Shown here: in pieces, positions 54,796 to 62,433 of the stretch
Layout of the letters: every line of letters starts with the position of its first letter
Position numbering within the stretch: position 1 is the first letter of the stretch
Assembly (NCBI GenBank): GCA_050742455.1
Contig: JBOGIG010000111.1
Coordinates: 3,537 to 67,536 of the forward strand
Reading direction: 5' to 3'
DNA: 64,000 bases
Origin: Acidimicrobiales bacterium
Lineage (GTDB): Bacteria > Actinomycetota > Acidimicrobiia > Acidimicrobiales > JBOGIG01
Position numbers and translations under genes: made by a program
Notes under the pieces: model-generated
Databases searched by the model: none
Seen by the model: only the letters and a program-made list of their open reading frames with translations
What the model was told of the DNA's origin: nothing

Positions 54796-55948
54796 GGGCT
54801 CGACGGGCCACCTTGCCAAGGGCGGTGCGGGGCAGGCGATCCACCAACACCAACTCTTTTGGCGCGGCCCAGACCGGCAGGTGTTGCCTGGCCAGGTCCC
54901 GCAATTCGTCCAGCGTCGGGGCCTGGCCGGGGCCGGTCGGCACCACCCAAGCCACCACCCGTTCTCCCCATTCGGGGTCGGGTCGGCCTGCCACTGCAAC
55001 CTCGACCACCCGAGGGTCGCGACTCAGGATTGCCTCCACGGCCGAGGGCCACACGTTCTCCCCCCCGGTGATGATCATGTCCGTCAGCCGGCCGCTCACC
55101 ACCAGTCGGCCCGCTCCGTCGAAATATCCGGAGTCCCCTGTGGACAGCCAACCGTCGGCGTCCTTGGGATCGGGCCCGTGGTGGTAGCGGCGCAGGAGCA
55201 TGGGGCCCCGTAGCCTTATCTCTCCTGAGGGAGTCAGGGTCACCTCGACGCCGTCGAGGGGCGTGCCGTCGTAGACGACTCCGCCGGCGGTCTCGGTCAT
55301 CCCGTAGGTGACGTGGGCATTAGAGGGAACTACGGCCGGGGGGGCCGAACCCCCCAGGACCACGCAGCGAAATGCGCTCGGGTCGATTCGGGACATGGCC
55401 GTAGCCACCAGGGACACCAGGGTGGCGCCTTCCGAGGCCGCCCGAGCCACTTCGGTGGGGGAGAATCCGGGGTGGACCACAAGGTTGGTTCCGGTGATCA
55501 GTGCCCGGGTGACCACACTCAGGCCCCCCACGTGGGCCAGGGGCAGGCAGGCCAGCCAGCAGTCGGTGTCGGGATCGACGCCCAGGCGAGCACTCACCGC
55601 CCGGGCCGAGGCCCCCAAACTGTCATGGGTCAACACCACTCCCTTGCCTGCACCACCGGCTCCGGTAGTACCGCTGGTGGCCATGACCAGGGCATCGCCC
55701 GCTTCCAACCCCCGGCCGGCTTCCAACCCCCGGCCGGCTTCCAACCCCCGGCCCGCCGTCCATTCGGAGCGGAGGCCGCCCTGGGCCACCACCTCGTGCG
55801 GGGCCATGGCCTCCAGGACGGCCCGGGCGGCAGCTGGGGGCAGTCGGGGGTCCAGGGGCAGGACGGCATCCCCGTCGTCCCACGCCCGACGCATTTCGGC
55901 TACGAACTCCGGCCCCGCAGGAAGGGCTAGGGCCACCAGTCGAGCCAT
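54782..55948 (-). CDS. menE: o-succinylbenzoate--CoA ligase (AMP-dependent synthetase family)
   Basis: ATSGTTGAGGAGKGVVLTH (AMP-binding motif I), YGMTE, and the C-terminal LPRTALGKVARR are present, in a men-cluster context. ATG at 55948. The menE identity is inferred from context. Confidence 0.8.
   Translation of the reverse strand: MARLVALALPAGPEFVAEMRRAWDDGDAVLPLDPRLPPAAARAVLEAMAPHEVVAQGGLRSEWTAGRGLEAGRGLEAGRGLEAGDALVMATSGTTGAGGAGKGVVLTHDSLGASARAVSARLGVDPDTDCWLACLPLAHVGGLSVVTRALITGTNLVVHPGFSPTEVARAASEGATLVSLVATAMSRIDPSAFRCVVLGGSAPPAVVPSNAHVTYGMTETAGGVVYDGTPLDGVEVTLTPSGEIRLRGPMLLRRYHHGPDPKDADGWLSTGDSGYFDGAGRLVVSGRLTDMIITGGENVWPSAVEAILSRDPRVVEVAVAGRPDPEWGERVVAWVVPTGPGQAPTLDELRDLARQHLPVWAAPKELVLVDRLPRTALGKVARRALSGQ
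55701..55754. repeat. 18-bp x3 in-frame tandem repeat inside menE
   Basis: GCTTCCAACCCCCGGCCG occurs at 55701-55718 and 55719-55736, with a third copy at 55737-55754 (1 mismatch). It encodes (GRGLEA)3. Confidence 0.95.
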
Positions 55949-55971
55949 GGCGGCTAGCCTAGCGACTATTC

Positions 55972-55983
55972 GAGTGATCACTC
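55972..55983. promoter_or_regulatory. perfect 12-bp palindrome GAGTGATCACTC in the 48-bp menE/menB divergent spacer (candidate operator)
   Basis: Read directly from the sequence. It lies 14 nt upstream of the menB ATG, next to the AGGAG SD (55985-55989). Confidence 0.25.
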
Positions 55984-55996
55984 TAGGAGTAACGAC

Positions 55997-56827
55997 ATGG
56001 TTGATTGGCAACAGGGCAAGGCCTATACCGACATCACCTATGAGGTGGGCGAGGGGATGGCCAAGATAACGATCTGTCGCCCCGAGGTACGCAATGCGTT
56101 TCGTCCCCAGACCCTCTTTGAGATGGCTGATGCCTTCAATCTGGCCCGGGACGACGCCAGCGTCGGGGCCATCATCCTGACCGGGCAGGGTCCTGATGCC
56201 TTTTGCTCGGGGGGCGACCAACGCATCCGAGGTGATGACGGCTACCTGGGCGACGACGACGTGGCCCAAGCCGGGATCGGCAGGCTGAACGTGCTCGACC
56301 TGCAGATCCAAATCCGTCGCCTGCCCAAGCCGGTGGTGGCAATGGTGGCCGGGTTCGCCGTGGGCGGGGGTCACGTACTTCACCTCGTCTGCGATCTGAC
56401 CATCGCCGCCGACAACGCCCGCTTCGGCCAGACCGGACCCCGGGTGGGCAGCTTCGACGGCGGGTACGGCTCGGGGCTTCTGGCCCGCACCGTCGGGCTC
56501 AAGCGGGCCAAGGAGGTGTGGTTTCTTTGCCGTCAGTACGACGCGGCCCAGGCTCTCAATTGGGGACTGGTCAATGCCGTTGTGCCGCTGGATCGCTTGG
56601 AGGACGAGACCGTGTCGTGGTGTCAGGACATGTTGAAGCTCTCACCCATAGCCCTGCGGATGATCAAGGGTGCCTTCAACGCCGCCGACGACGGCCTGGC
56701 GGGCATCCAGCAGTTCGCGGGCGATGCCACCATGCTCTTCTACATGACCGAAGAGGGCCAGGAGGGCCGCAATGCCTACCAGGAAAAGCGACCGGCCGAC
56801 TTTTCCCGGTTTCCCCGCCGGCCCTGA
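55997..56827 (+). CDS. menB: 1,4-dihydroxy-2-naphthoyl-CoA synthase
   Basis: Crotonase fold with [11 protein letters not shown] and [11 protein letters not shown] motifs typical of MenB. Confidence 0.95.
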   Translation: MVDWQQGKAYTDITYEVGEGMAKITICRPEVRNAFRPQTLFEMADAFNLARDDASVGAIILTGQGPDAFCSGGDQRIRGDDGYLGDDDVAQAGIGRLNVLDLQIQIRRLPKPVVAMVAGFAVGGGHVLHLVCDLTIAADNARFGQTGPRVGSFDGGYGSGLLARTVGLKRAKEVWFLCRQYDAAQALNWGLVNAVVPLDRLEDETVSWCQDMLKLSPIALRMIKGAFNAADDGLAGIQQFAGDATMLFYMTEEGQEGRNAYQEKRPADFSRFPRRP

Positions 56828-56833
56828 GGCTCG

Positions 56834-57697
56834 ATGATCAGGGATTGGGTGGCCGGGGCCCGGCCCCGGACGCTACCGGCTGCCGTGGTGCCGGTAGCGG
56901 TGGGTACTGCGCTGGCCTCCACCGAGGGGGGCGCCATCGCGTGGCGGGCGGTGGCGGCACTGGTGGTGAGCCTGGCAATCCAGGTGGGGACCAACTATGC
57001 CAACGACTACTCCGACGGCATCCGGGGCACCGATACCATCCGAGTCGGTCCCATGCGCCTGGTTGCCTCCGGTGTGGCGTCCCCTCGGCGAGTGAAGTTG
57101 GCAGCCTTGGTGGCCTTTGGGGTGGCCGGGGTGGCCGGTCTGGCTCTGGCTGTGGCCGTGGGGCCGGTGGTGGTGGTAGTTGGTGCCGCCTGTCTGGCTG
57201 CCGGATGGTTTTACACCGGCGGTTCGAAGCCCTATGGCTATGCCGGTCTGGGGGAGGTGTTTGTCTTCGTCTTCTTCGGCTTGGTGGCTGTGGCGGGCAC
57301 GGTCTACGTGCAAACGGGTCACATAAGCGGGCTGGATCTGCTGGCCGCCGTGCCGGTAGGTCTGGGATCGACCGCCATGCTGGTGGTGAACAACCTGCGG
57401 GACATAGACACTGACGGTCCAGCCGGCAAGCGGACCCTGGCCGTACGGATGGGAGACCGTGGGACCCGTCGCCTATACGGCGGTTGCCTGTTGGTCAGCT
57501 TTGTAGCCGTCATCGGCCTGGCTGTCCTGGCCCGTCCCTGGTCCCTGGTCGCCCTGGCCGCCCTTCCGTTGGCATGGGCACCCTTGGACTTGGTGGCCCG
57601 GGGGGGCAACGGTCCGACGTTGGTCAGGGTCCTGGGTCAGACCGGGAGGCTGAATCTGGCCCTCGGAGCGCTCCTGGCCCTGGGTCTGGCAGTGTGA
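56834..57697 (+). CDS. menA: 1,4-dihydroxy-2-naphthoate polyprenyltransferase
   Basis: UbiA-family membrane protein with NDYSDGIRGTD and NNLRDIDTD Asp-rich motifs. Confidence 0.9.
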   Translation: MIRDWVAGARPRTLPAAVVPVAVGTALASTEGGAIAWRAVAALVVSLAIQVGTNYANDYSDGIRGTDTIRVGPMRLVASGVASPRRVKLAALVAFGVAGVAGLALAVAVGPVVVVVGAACLAAGWFYTGGSKPYGYAGLGEVFVFVFFGLVAVAGTVYVQTGHISGLDLLAAVPVGLGSTAMLVVNNLRDIDTDGPAGKRTLAVRMGDRGTRRLYGGCLLVSFVAVIGLAVLARPWSLVALAALPLAWAPLDLVARGGNGPTLVRVLGQTGRLNLALGALLALGLAV

Positions 57698-57708
57698 AGC
57701 GGGACCGG

Positions 57709-58467
57709 CTAGGGCTTGAGGAAGTGCTCGACCATCGAGGCAAAATGCTCCGGGTTCTCCAAGTGGGCGGCATGGCCCGCCTCAGGCACCCGGACCAGGG
57801 TGGAGTTGGCGCCTATGGCCCCGACCATGCGCTGGCCCAGAGCGTCGAACTTGGGGTCGTTGGCCCCGACCACGATCAGCACCGGCATGGCCAGTTCGGC
57901 CAGCCGGTGCCACAGGGACTCCTGCGTCCCAGTTCCCGCCAAGCGCAGGCTGGAGGCCAATCCTTCGGCCGTGTTGTCCAGGCGGGATGCCATATTGCCG
58001 GCCCGAGGGGAAAGGGAGGCGAAGAGGGGTCCGGCCAGCCAGTCGACCAGGAAGGCTTCTACTCCGACGTCCACGATGAGACGGGCCCGTTCCTCGTCGA
58101 GGCGGCGGCGGGCCTTGCGTTCGGTCGGATCCTCGATGCCGGCGGTGGCCCCAACCAGGACCAAGCGGTTCACCACATGTGGTCGGTCCAGTGCCAATTG
58201 CAGGCACAGCCGACCTCCCATCGAATAGCCCAGGTAGCAGGCCGGTCCTCCGGCCAGGCCCACCAGTTCGGCGCCCTCGGGGACCGAAGCTCTGATCGGG
58301 CCCGAGCGACCATGGCCGGGCGCATCCACTATCGCCAGGCGGAAGCGATCCTGCCACCGGGAGATCAAGGGATCGAACGATCGTCCCGTCTGGGTAAAGC
58401 CGTGAACCAGGACAAGTCTCTCCCCCTGCCCAACCTCGTGGCAGTACAGGTGCTCCGGATCGGCCAT
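57709..58467 (-). CDS. menH: 2-succinyl-6-hydroxy-2,4-cyclohexadiene-1-carboxylate synthase (alpha/beta hydrolase)
   Basis: LVLVHGFTQTG and GYSMGGR nucleophile elbow are present, in a men-cluster context. ATG at 58467 is preferred. Confidence 0.8.
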   Translation of the reverse strand: MADPEHLYCHEVGQGERLVLVHGFTQTGRSFDPLISRWQDRFRLAIVDAPGHGRSGPIRASVPEGAELVGLAGGPACYLGYSMGGRLCLQLALDRPHVVNRLVLVGATAGIEDPTERKARRRLDEERARLIVDVGVEAFLVDWLAGPLFASLSPRAGNMASRLDNTAEGLASSLRLAGTGTQESLWHRLAELAMPVLIVVGANDPKFDALGQRMVGAIGANSTLVRVPEAGHAAHLENPEHFASMVEHFLKP

Positions 58468-58472
58468 TTCCC

Positions 58473-60362
58473 ATGAGCGTACAGGCCACATTTGCCGCCA
58501 CCCTGGTCGACGAGTGGGCCCGGTCGGGGTTGGAGCGAGCCGTGGTCTGTCCCGGGTCGCGGTCGGCGCCGCTGGCCCTGGCCCTGGCCCGGGACACTCG
58601 GGTGCGCCTGGACGTGCTCTTAGATGAGCGCTCGGCCGGATTCTTCGCCCTGGGCCTGGCCCTGGCTACGGGTAAGCCCGTCCTGGTCCTGACCACCAGC
58701 GGCACCGCCGCCGTCGAATTACACCCTGCCGTGACCGAGGCCGATCACGCCCGGGTGCCGTTGATCGTGGTGACGGCCGACCGACCGTTCGACTTGCACG
58801 GCGTCGGAGCACCCCAGACCACCATGCAGTCCGGCCTGTTCGGGGACTGCGTGCGGTGGTCGGCCAACCCCGGTCCTGCCCAGACCGAGGCGGCCTGGTC
58901 GTGGAGGTCTATGGCCTCTCGGGCCATGGCTGAAGCCGGAGGCGGTCCCCGGGGACCGGGCCCTGTCCACCTCAACCTGGCTTTTCGAGAACCCCTGGTG
59001 GGGCGCCCGGACCCGATGCCGCCGGCCTCGAAATCGGGCGCCGGGTGGCATGCCGTCAGTTGGCGTCCGGGGCAACCCTCGCCATCTGTGGTGCAGAGGC
59101 TCGCCCTGGCCCGGGGCGGGCGGGGTCTCATCGTGGCCGGCGCCGGAGCCGGTCACCCCCCCTTGGTGATGGAGCTGGCCCGCCACCTGGCCTGGCCGGT
59201 GTTGGCCGACCCCCGCAGCGGTCTGCGCACGCCTGACCCTGATCAGCGACTCCAACCGGGCCAGTCACCCGAGCCGGGCCAGTCACCCGAGCCGGGCCAA
59301 TCACCCGAGCCGGGCCAGTCACCGGTTGATCTGGTGATCACGGCGGCCGATTCCCTGCTGCGCCACGAGGAGTTCGCCCGGACTCATCGCCCCGACGTCA
59401 TCCTCCGGTTGGGCGCCCCGTGGGCCTCCCGGGTGGTCACTTCGTGGTTGAACGAAGCGGATTGTGACCAGGTTCTCGTCGATCCTTTCTGGTCGTGGGT
59501 CGACCCGGGAAGGGTGGTGGGGACACTGGAGGTATGCGACCCCAACGACCTGGCCCGGGAAGTTATCGGCCTGGGCCGATCGGGCGATCCTCGGACCCCG
59601 GACGTGACCGACTGGGCCGTCGGATGGTCTGACGCAGAAGCCCGTGCCCAGGCGGCCATCGACGGAGTACTGGATGGATGCGATCGCCTCACCGAGCCGG
59701 GCGTGGCCCGGTATCTCATGGGCCATTTGGATCCAGAGTCGCTCCTGGTGGTGTCGTCCTCCATGCCAATCCGCGATGTGGAATGGTTCGGTCGGGGCGC
59801 CCGGACGACCGGGCGAGGGACCCAGGTGAGCGCCGCTGAGGGAGGGGCCCAGGTGAGAGCCGTTGGGGGAGGGGCCCAGGTCGAACCCCCGGGCAGGGCA
59901 CGGGTCCTGGCCAACCGGGGGGTCAACGGCATCGACGGGATGGTCTCGATGGCCATGGGCGTGGCCCGCGCTGATGTCGGTCCCACTGTCGGCCTGCTCG
60001 GCGACCTGGCCTTCCTACACGACGCCGGAGCGCTTTGCGGTTGGCGGGCTCCAGCCCCGGTGCTGGTGGTGATCGACAACGGGGGAGGGGGAATCTTTTC
60101 CTTTCTCGACTACGCCGCCGATGTGGAGCCGGACCAATTCGAGCTGCTGTTTGCCACCCCTATGCCGGCTGATCCCTTGGCCGTGGCCCATGGCTACGGC
60201 GTGACCACCGCCGAAGCGGAGACCCGTGCACAATTGGCACAGGCTTTGGCCTTCCTCGGGGCCGACCCAAGGGGAGGTGTCATACGGTGTCGCACCGACC
60301 GGGAGGCCAACGTCGAGTTGCATCGCCGGCTGGAGTTGGCGGTGGCTGGCGTATTGGGTTGA
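58473..60362 (+). CDS. menD: 2-succinyl-5-enolpyruvyl-6-hydroxy-3-cyclohexene-1-carboxylate synthase
   Basis: N-terminal LVDEWARSGLERAVVCPGSRSAPLALA and a ThDP-binding GDLAFLHD...N motif are present. The ORF carries two repeat-encoded insertions. Confidence 0.9.
   Translation: MSVQATFAATLVDEWARSGLERAVVCPGSRSAPLALALARDTRVRLDVLLDERSAGFFALGLALATGKPVLVLTTSGTAAVELHPAVTEADHARVPLIVVTADRPFDLHGVGAPQTTMQSGLFGDCVRWSANPGPAQTEAAWSWRSMASRAMAEAGGGPRGPGPVHLNLAFREPLVGRPDPMPPASKSGAGWHAVSWRPGQPSPSVVQRLALARGGRGLIVAGAGAGHPPLVMELARHLAWPVLADPRSGLRTPDPDQRLQPGQSPEPGQSPEPGQSPEPGQSPVDLVITAADSLLRHEEFARTHRPDVILRLGAPWASRVVTSWLNEADCDQVLVDPFWSWVDPGRVVGTLEVCDPNDLAREVIGLGRSGDPRTPDVTDWAVGWSDAEARAQAAIDGVLDGCDRLTEPGVARYLMGHLDPESLLVVSSSMPIRDVEWFGRGARTTGRGTQVSAAEGGAQVRAVGGGAQVEPPGRARVLANRGVNGIDGMVSMAMGVARADVGPTVGLLGDLAFLHDAGALCGWRAPAPVLVVIDNGGGGIFSFLDYAADVEPDQFELLFATPMPADPLAVAHGYGVTTAEAETRAQLAQALAFLGADPRGGVIRCRTDREANVELHRRLELAVAGVLG
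59256..59324. repeat. 18-bp x3.8 in-frame tandem repeat inside menD
   Basis: CCGGGCCAGTCACCCGAG occurs at 59256-59273 and 59274-59291, at 59292-59309 (1 mismatch), with a partial copy to 59324. It encodes (PGQSPE)n. Confidence 0.95.
59817..59882. repeat. 27-bp x2.4 in-frame imperfect tandem repeat inside menD
   Basis: GGGACCCAGGTGAGCGCCGCTGAGGGA / GGGGCCCAGGTGAGAGCCGTTGGGGGA / GGGGCCCAGGTC... encoding G(T/A)QV(S/R)A(A/V)(E/G)G. Confidence 0.85.
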
Positions 60363-60378
60363 ACTGCGTGGTATCGAA

Positions 60379-62433
60379 TTGAGGACCACCGATACCCACC
60401 GTCCAGGGCCAAAGCAAGGGTCTGGCCTCCTGAGAGGACCTGGCCTCCTGAGAGAGCCCGGCCTCCTGCGAGGACACCTCAAGGCGCTCGACGGGCTTAG
60501 AGGACTCGCCGTTCTGGCCGTTCTGGCCTATCACGCGGGGCTCCGGTGGGCTCCCGGCGGGCTGTTGGGGGTGGATGTCTTCTTCGTGCTATCCGGGTTC
60601 CTCATCACTTCCCTGCTGGTGTCGGAATGGAACCGCACCGGGACCATCGGGCTCGGGTCGTTCTGGGGCCGGCGCGCCCGCCGGCTGTTGCCCGCCCTGT
60701 TCGTGCTGTTGGCAGGGGTGGCGGCCTATGCCTGGTTCGTAGCCGGGAGCGATGAGCTGCACCGTATCCGCCTGGATGCCCTGTCCAGCTTGGGGTACGT
60801 GGCCAACTGGCGATTCGTCGCCTCGTCCCAGGGGTATTTTGCCCACACCGGAGTGCAGTCCCCCTTGTTGCACACGTGGTCGTTGGCCGTGGAGGAGCAG
60901 TTCTACGTCATCTGGCCCATTGTCTCGGTGTTGGTCCTGCGCCGCTTCGGGGTTCGGGCGCTCGGTCGTCTGGCCGGCTGGGGCGCGCTGGCCTCGGCTG
61001 GGCTCATGGCCTTTCTCTACCACTCCGGCGCCAGCTCTTCCCGCCTCTACTACGGGACCGACACCAGGGCCCAGGCCCTTCTGGTTGGGGCATTTCTGGC
61101 TGTGGCCGGATCCAAGCTGGCGGACAGGCCCCGGGCGGTAGGGCGGGGGGACACCTGGCCATGGGTGTTTCCTGCACTCGGGGTGGCTGGGATGGGTTTG
61201 TTGGCATGGGCCTGGACCCAGGTGGGAGGCGAAAGCCCCTTGTTGTACCAGGGAGGGTTCCTGCTGGTGGCCCTGGCCACGGCGGCCGTGATCCTCGCCT
61301 CGGCGCTGCAGCCCCGAGGCGTTCTGGCCAGGGCCCTGTCATGGGGACCATTGGCCTATGTCGGGCGCATCTCGTATGGCCTTTACCTCTACCACTGGCC
61401 CTTGTTCTTGTGGCTGGACCACGCCCGCACCGGCTTGTCCGGCAACGAACTGCTCCTGGCCCGACTCGGGGCCACGGCAGCAATTTCGGTGGCCAGCTTT
61501 CACTTGCTGGAGAGCCCCATCCGGGCCCGGCGCTGGTTCGGGGCGCTCACCGAGCGATTGTCGCTGTCCTCGGCTCTGGTCCTGGTGGCCGGTATCGTGG
61601 TGGCGGCGACCGCCGCTCCCAGCCTGGCCAGCGCCATGCCCTCCGGTCCGCTGCACTCCTCGGGCGCCCAAGTACCGGCCTTGGCCCTGGCTCACCCGGT
61701 CAATGTGATGGTCCTGGGTGACTCGGTGGGCCTAACTTTGTCCCTCGGACTGTCGGTCAACGATCACGCCCGAGGCGTGGCCATCGATGGTAAGGCTGTG
61801 CTCGGTTGCGACTTCGATCCAGCCACCCAGGTCAAATGGGATGGCCACGTGACCCAGGCCAACTCCCAGTGCAAGCACTGGCCCTCGACGTGGGCCGGGC
61901 TCGTGCGGGCCGACAACCCTGATGTCGTCCTGTTGGTCATGGGGCGATGGGAGACCTATGACCGCTTGTACAACGGCCGTTGGACCGACATCACCCAGGC
62001 TGATTTTGCCGCTCACCTGACCGACGAGTTGCGTCAAGCGGTGGGCATACTTTCGGCCCAGGGCGCCGTAGTGGGCCTGGCCACCCTGCCCTACATGTCC
62101 CCCCCGGAACGAGCCGACGGCGGCATTTGGCCCGAGAACCTGGCCTCTCGGGTAGACGCCTACAACCGGATCGTCCGCAACGTGGCCCGGGCCATGCCGG
62201 TCAAGGCTCGTGTCATTGACGTGAACGCCATACTTTGCCCTGAGGGCCACTTCACCTCGGCCATCAATGGCGTGGCGGTGAGGTGGTCCGACGGCATTCA
62301 TGTGCTCATTCCCGGTGGCGAGTTGGTGGGGGACCGGATACTTCCCCAACTGGCCCGGCTGGGGTTGGCTCACGATCAGGCCAGGCTCCACCAGCTCAGC
62401 CTGTCCGCATCGACGGCCAGTCGGCACGGTTGA
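60379..62433 (+). CDS. acyltransferase family 3 (OafA/YrhL-like) membrane protein fused to a C-terminal SGNH hydrolase domain
   Basis: LDGLRGLAVLAVLAYHAG and about 10 TM helices are followed by VMVLGDSVG (GDS) and SGNH blocks. The start is uncertain (TTG 60379 proposed); the ORF is open from inside menD. Confidence 0.8.
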   Translation: MRTTDTHRPGPKQGSGLLRGPGLLREPGLLRGHLKALDGLRGLAVLAVLAYHAGLRWAPGGLLGVDVFFVLSGFLITSLLVSEWNRTGTIGLGSFWGRRARRLLPALFVLLAGVAAYAWFVAGSDELHRIRLDALSSLGYVANWRFVASSQGYFAHTGVQSPLLHTWSLAVEEQFYVIWPIVSVLVLRRFGVRALGRLAGWGALASAGLMAFLYHSGASSSRLYYGTDTRAQALLVGAFLAVAGSKLADRPRAVGRGDTWPWVFPALGVAGMGLLAWAWTQVGGESPLLYQGGFLLVALATAAVILASALQPRGVLARALSWGPLAYVGRISYGLYLYHWPLFLWLDHARTGLSGNELLLARLGATAAISVASFHLLESPIRARRWFGALTERLSLSSALVLVAGIVVAATAAPSLASAMPSGPLHSSGAQVPALALAHPVNVMVLGDSVGLTLSLGLSVNDHARGVAIDGKAVLGCDFDPATQVKWDGHVTQANSQCKHWPSTWAGLVRADNPDVVLLVMGRWETYDRLYNGRWTDITQADFAAHLTDELRQAVGILSAQGAVVGLATLPYMSPPERADGGIWPENLASRVDAYNRIVRNVARAMPVKARVIDVNAILCPEGHFTSAINGVAVRWSDGIHVLIPGGELVGDRILPQLARLGLAHDQARLHQLSLSASTASRHG
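60424..60477. repeat. 18-bp x3 in-frame tandem repeat at the acyltransferase 5' end
   Basis: GGCCTCCTGAGAGGACCT / GGCCTCCTGAGAGAGCCC / GGCCTCCTGCGAGGACAC encoding (GLLR.P)3. Confidence 0.9.

Noticed and set aside
8210-60477. Whether any of the tandem repeats represent a CRISPR array.
   Set aside because: The repeats are directly adjacent with no unique spacers. Units are 15-42 bp with only 2-4 copies, most lie inside conserved genes, and no cas genes are present.
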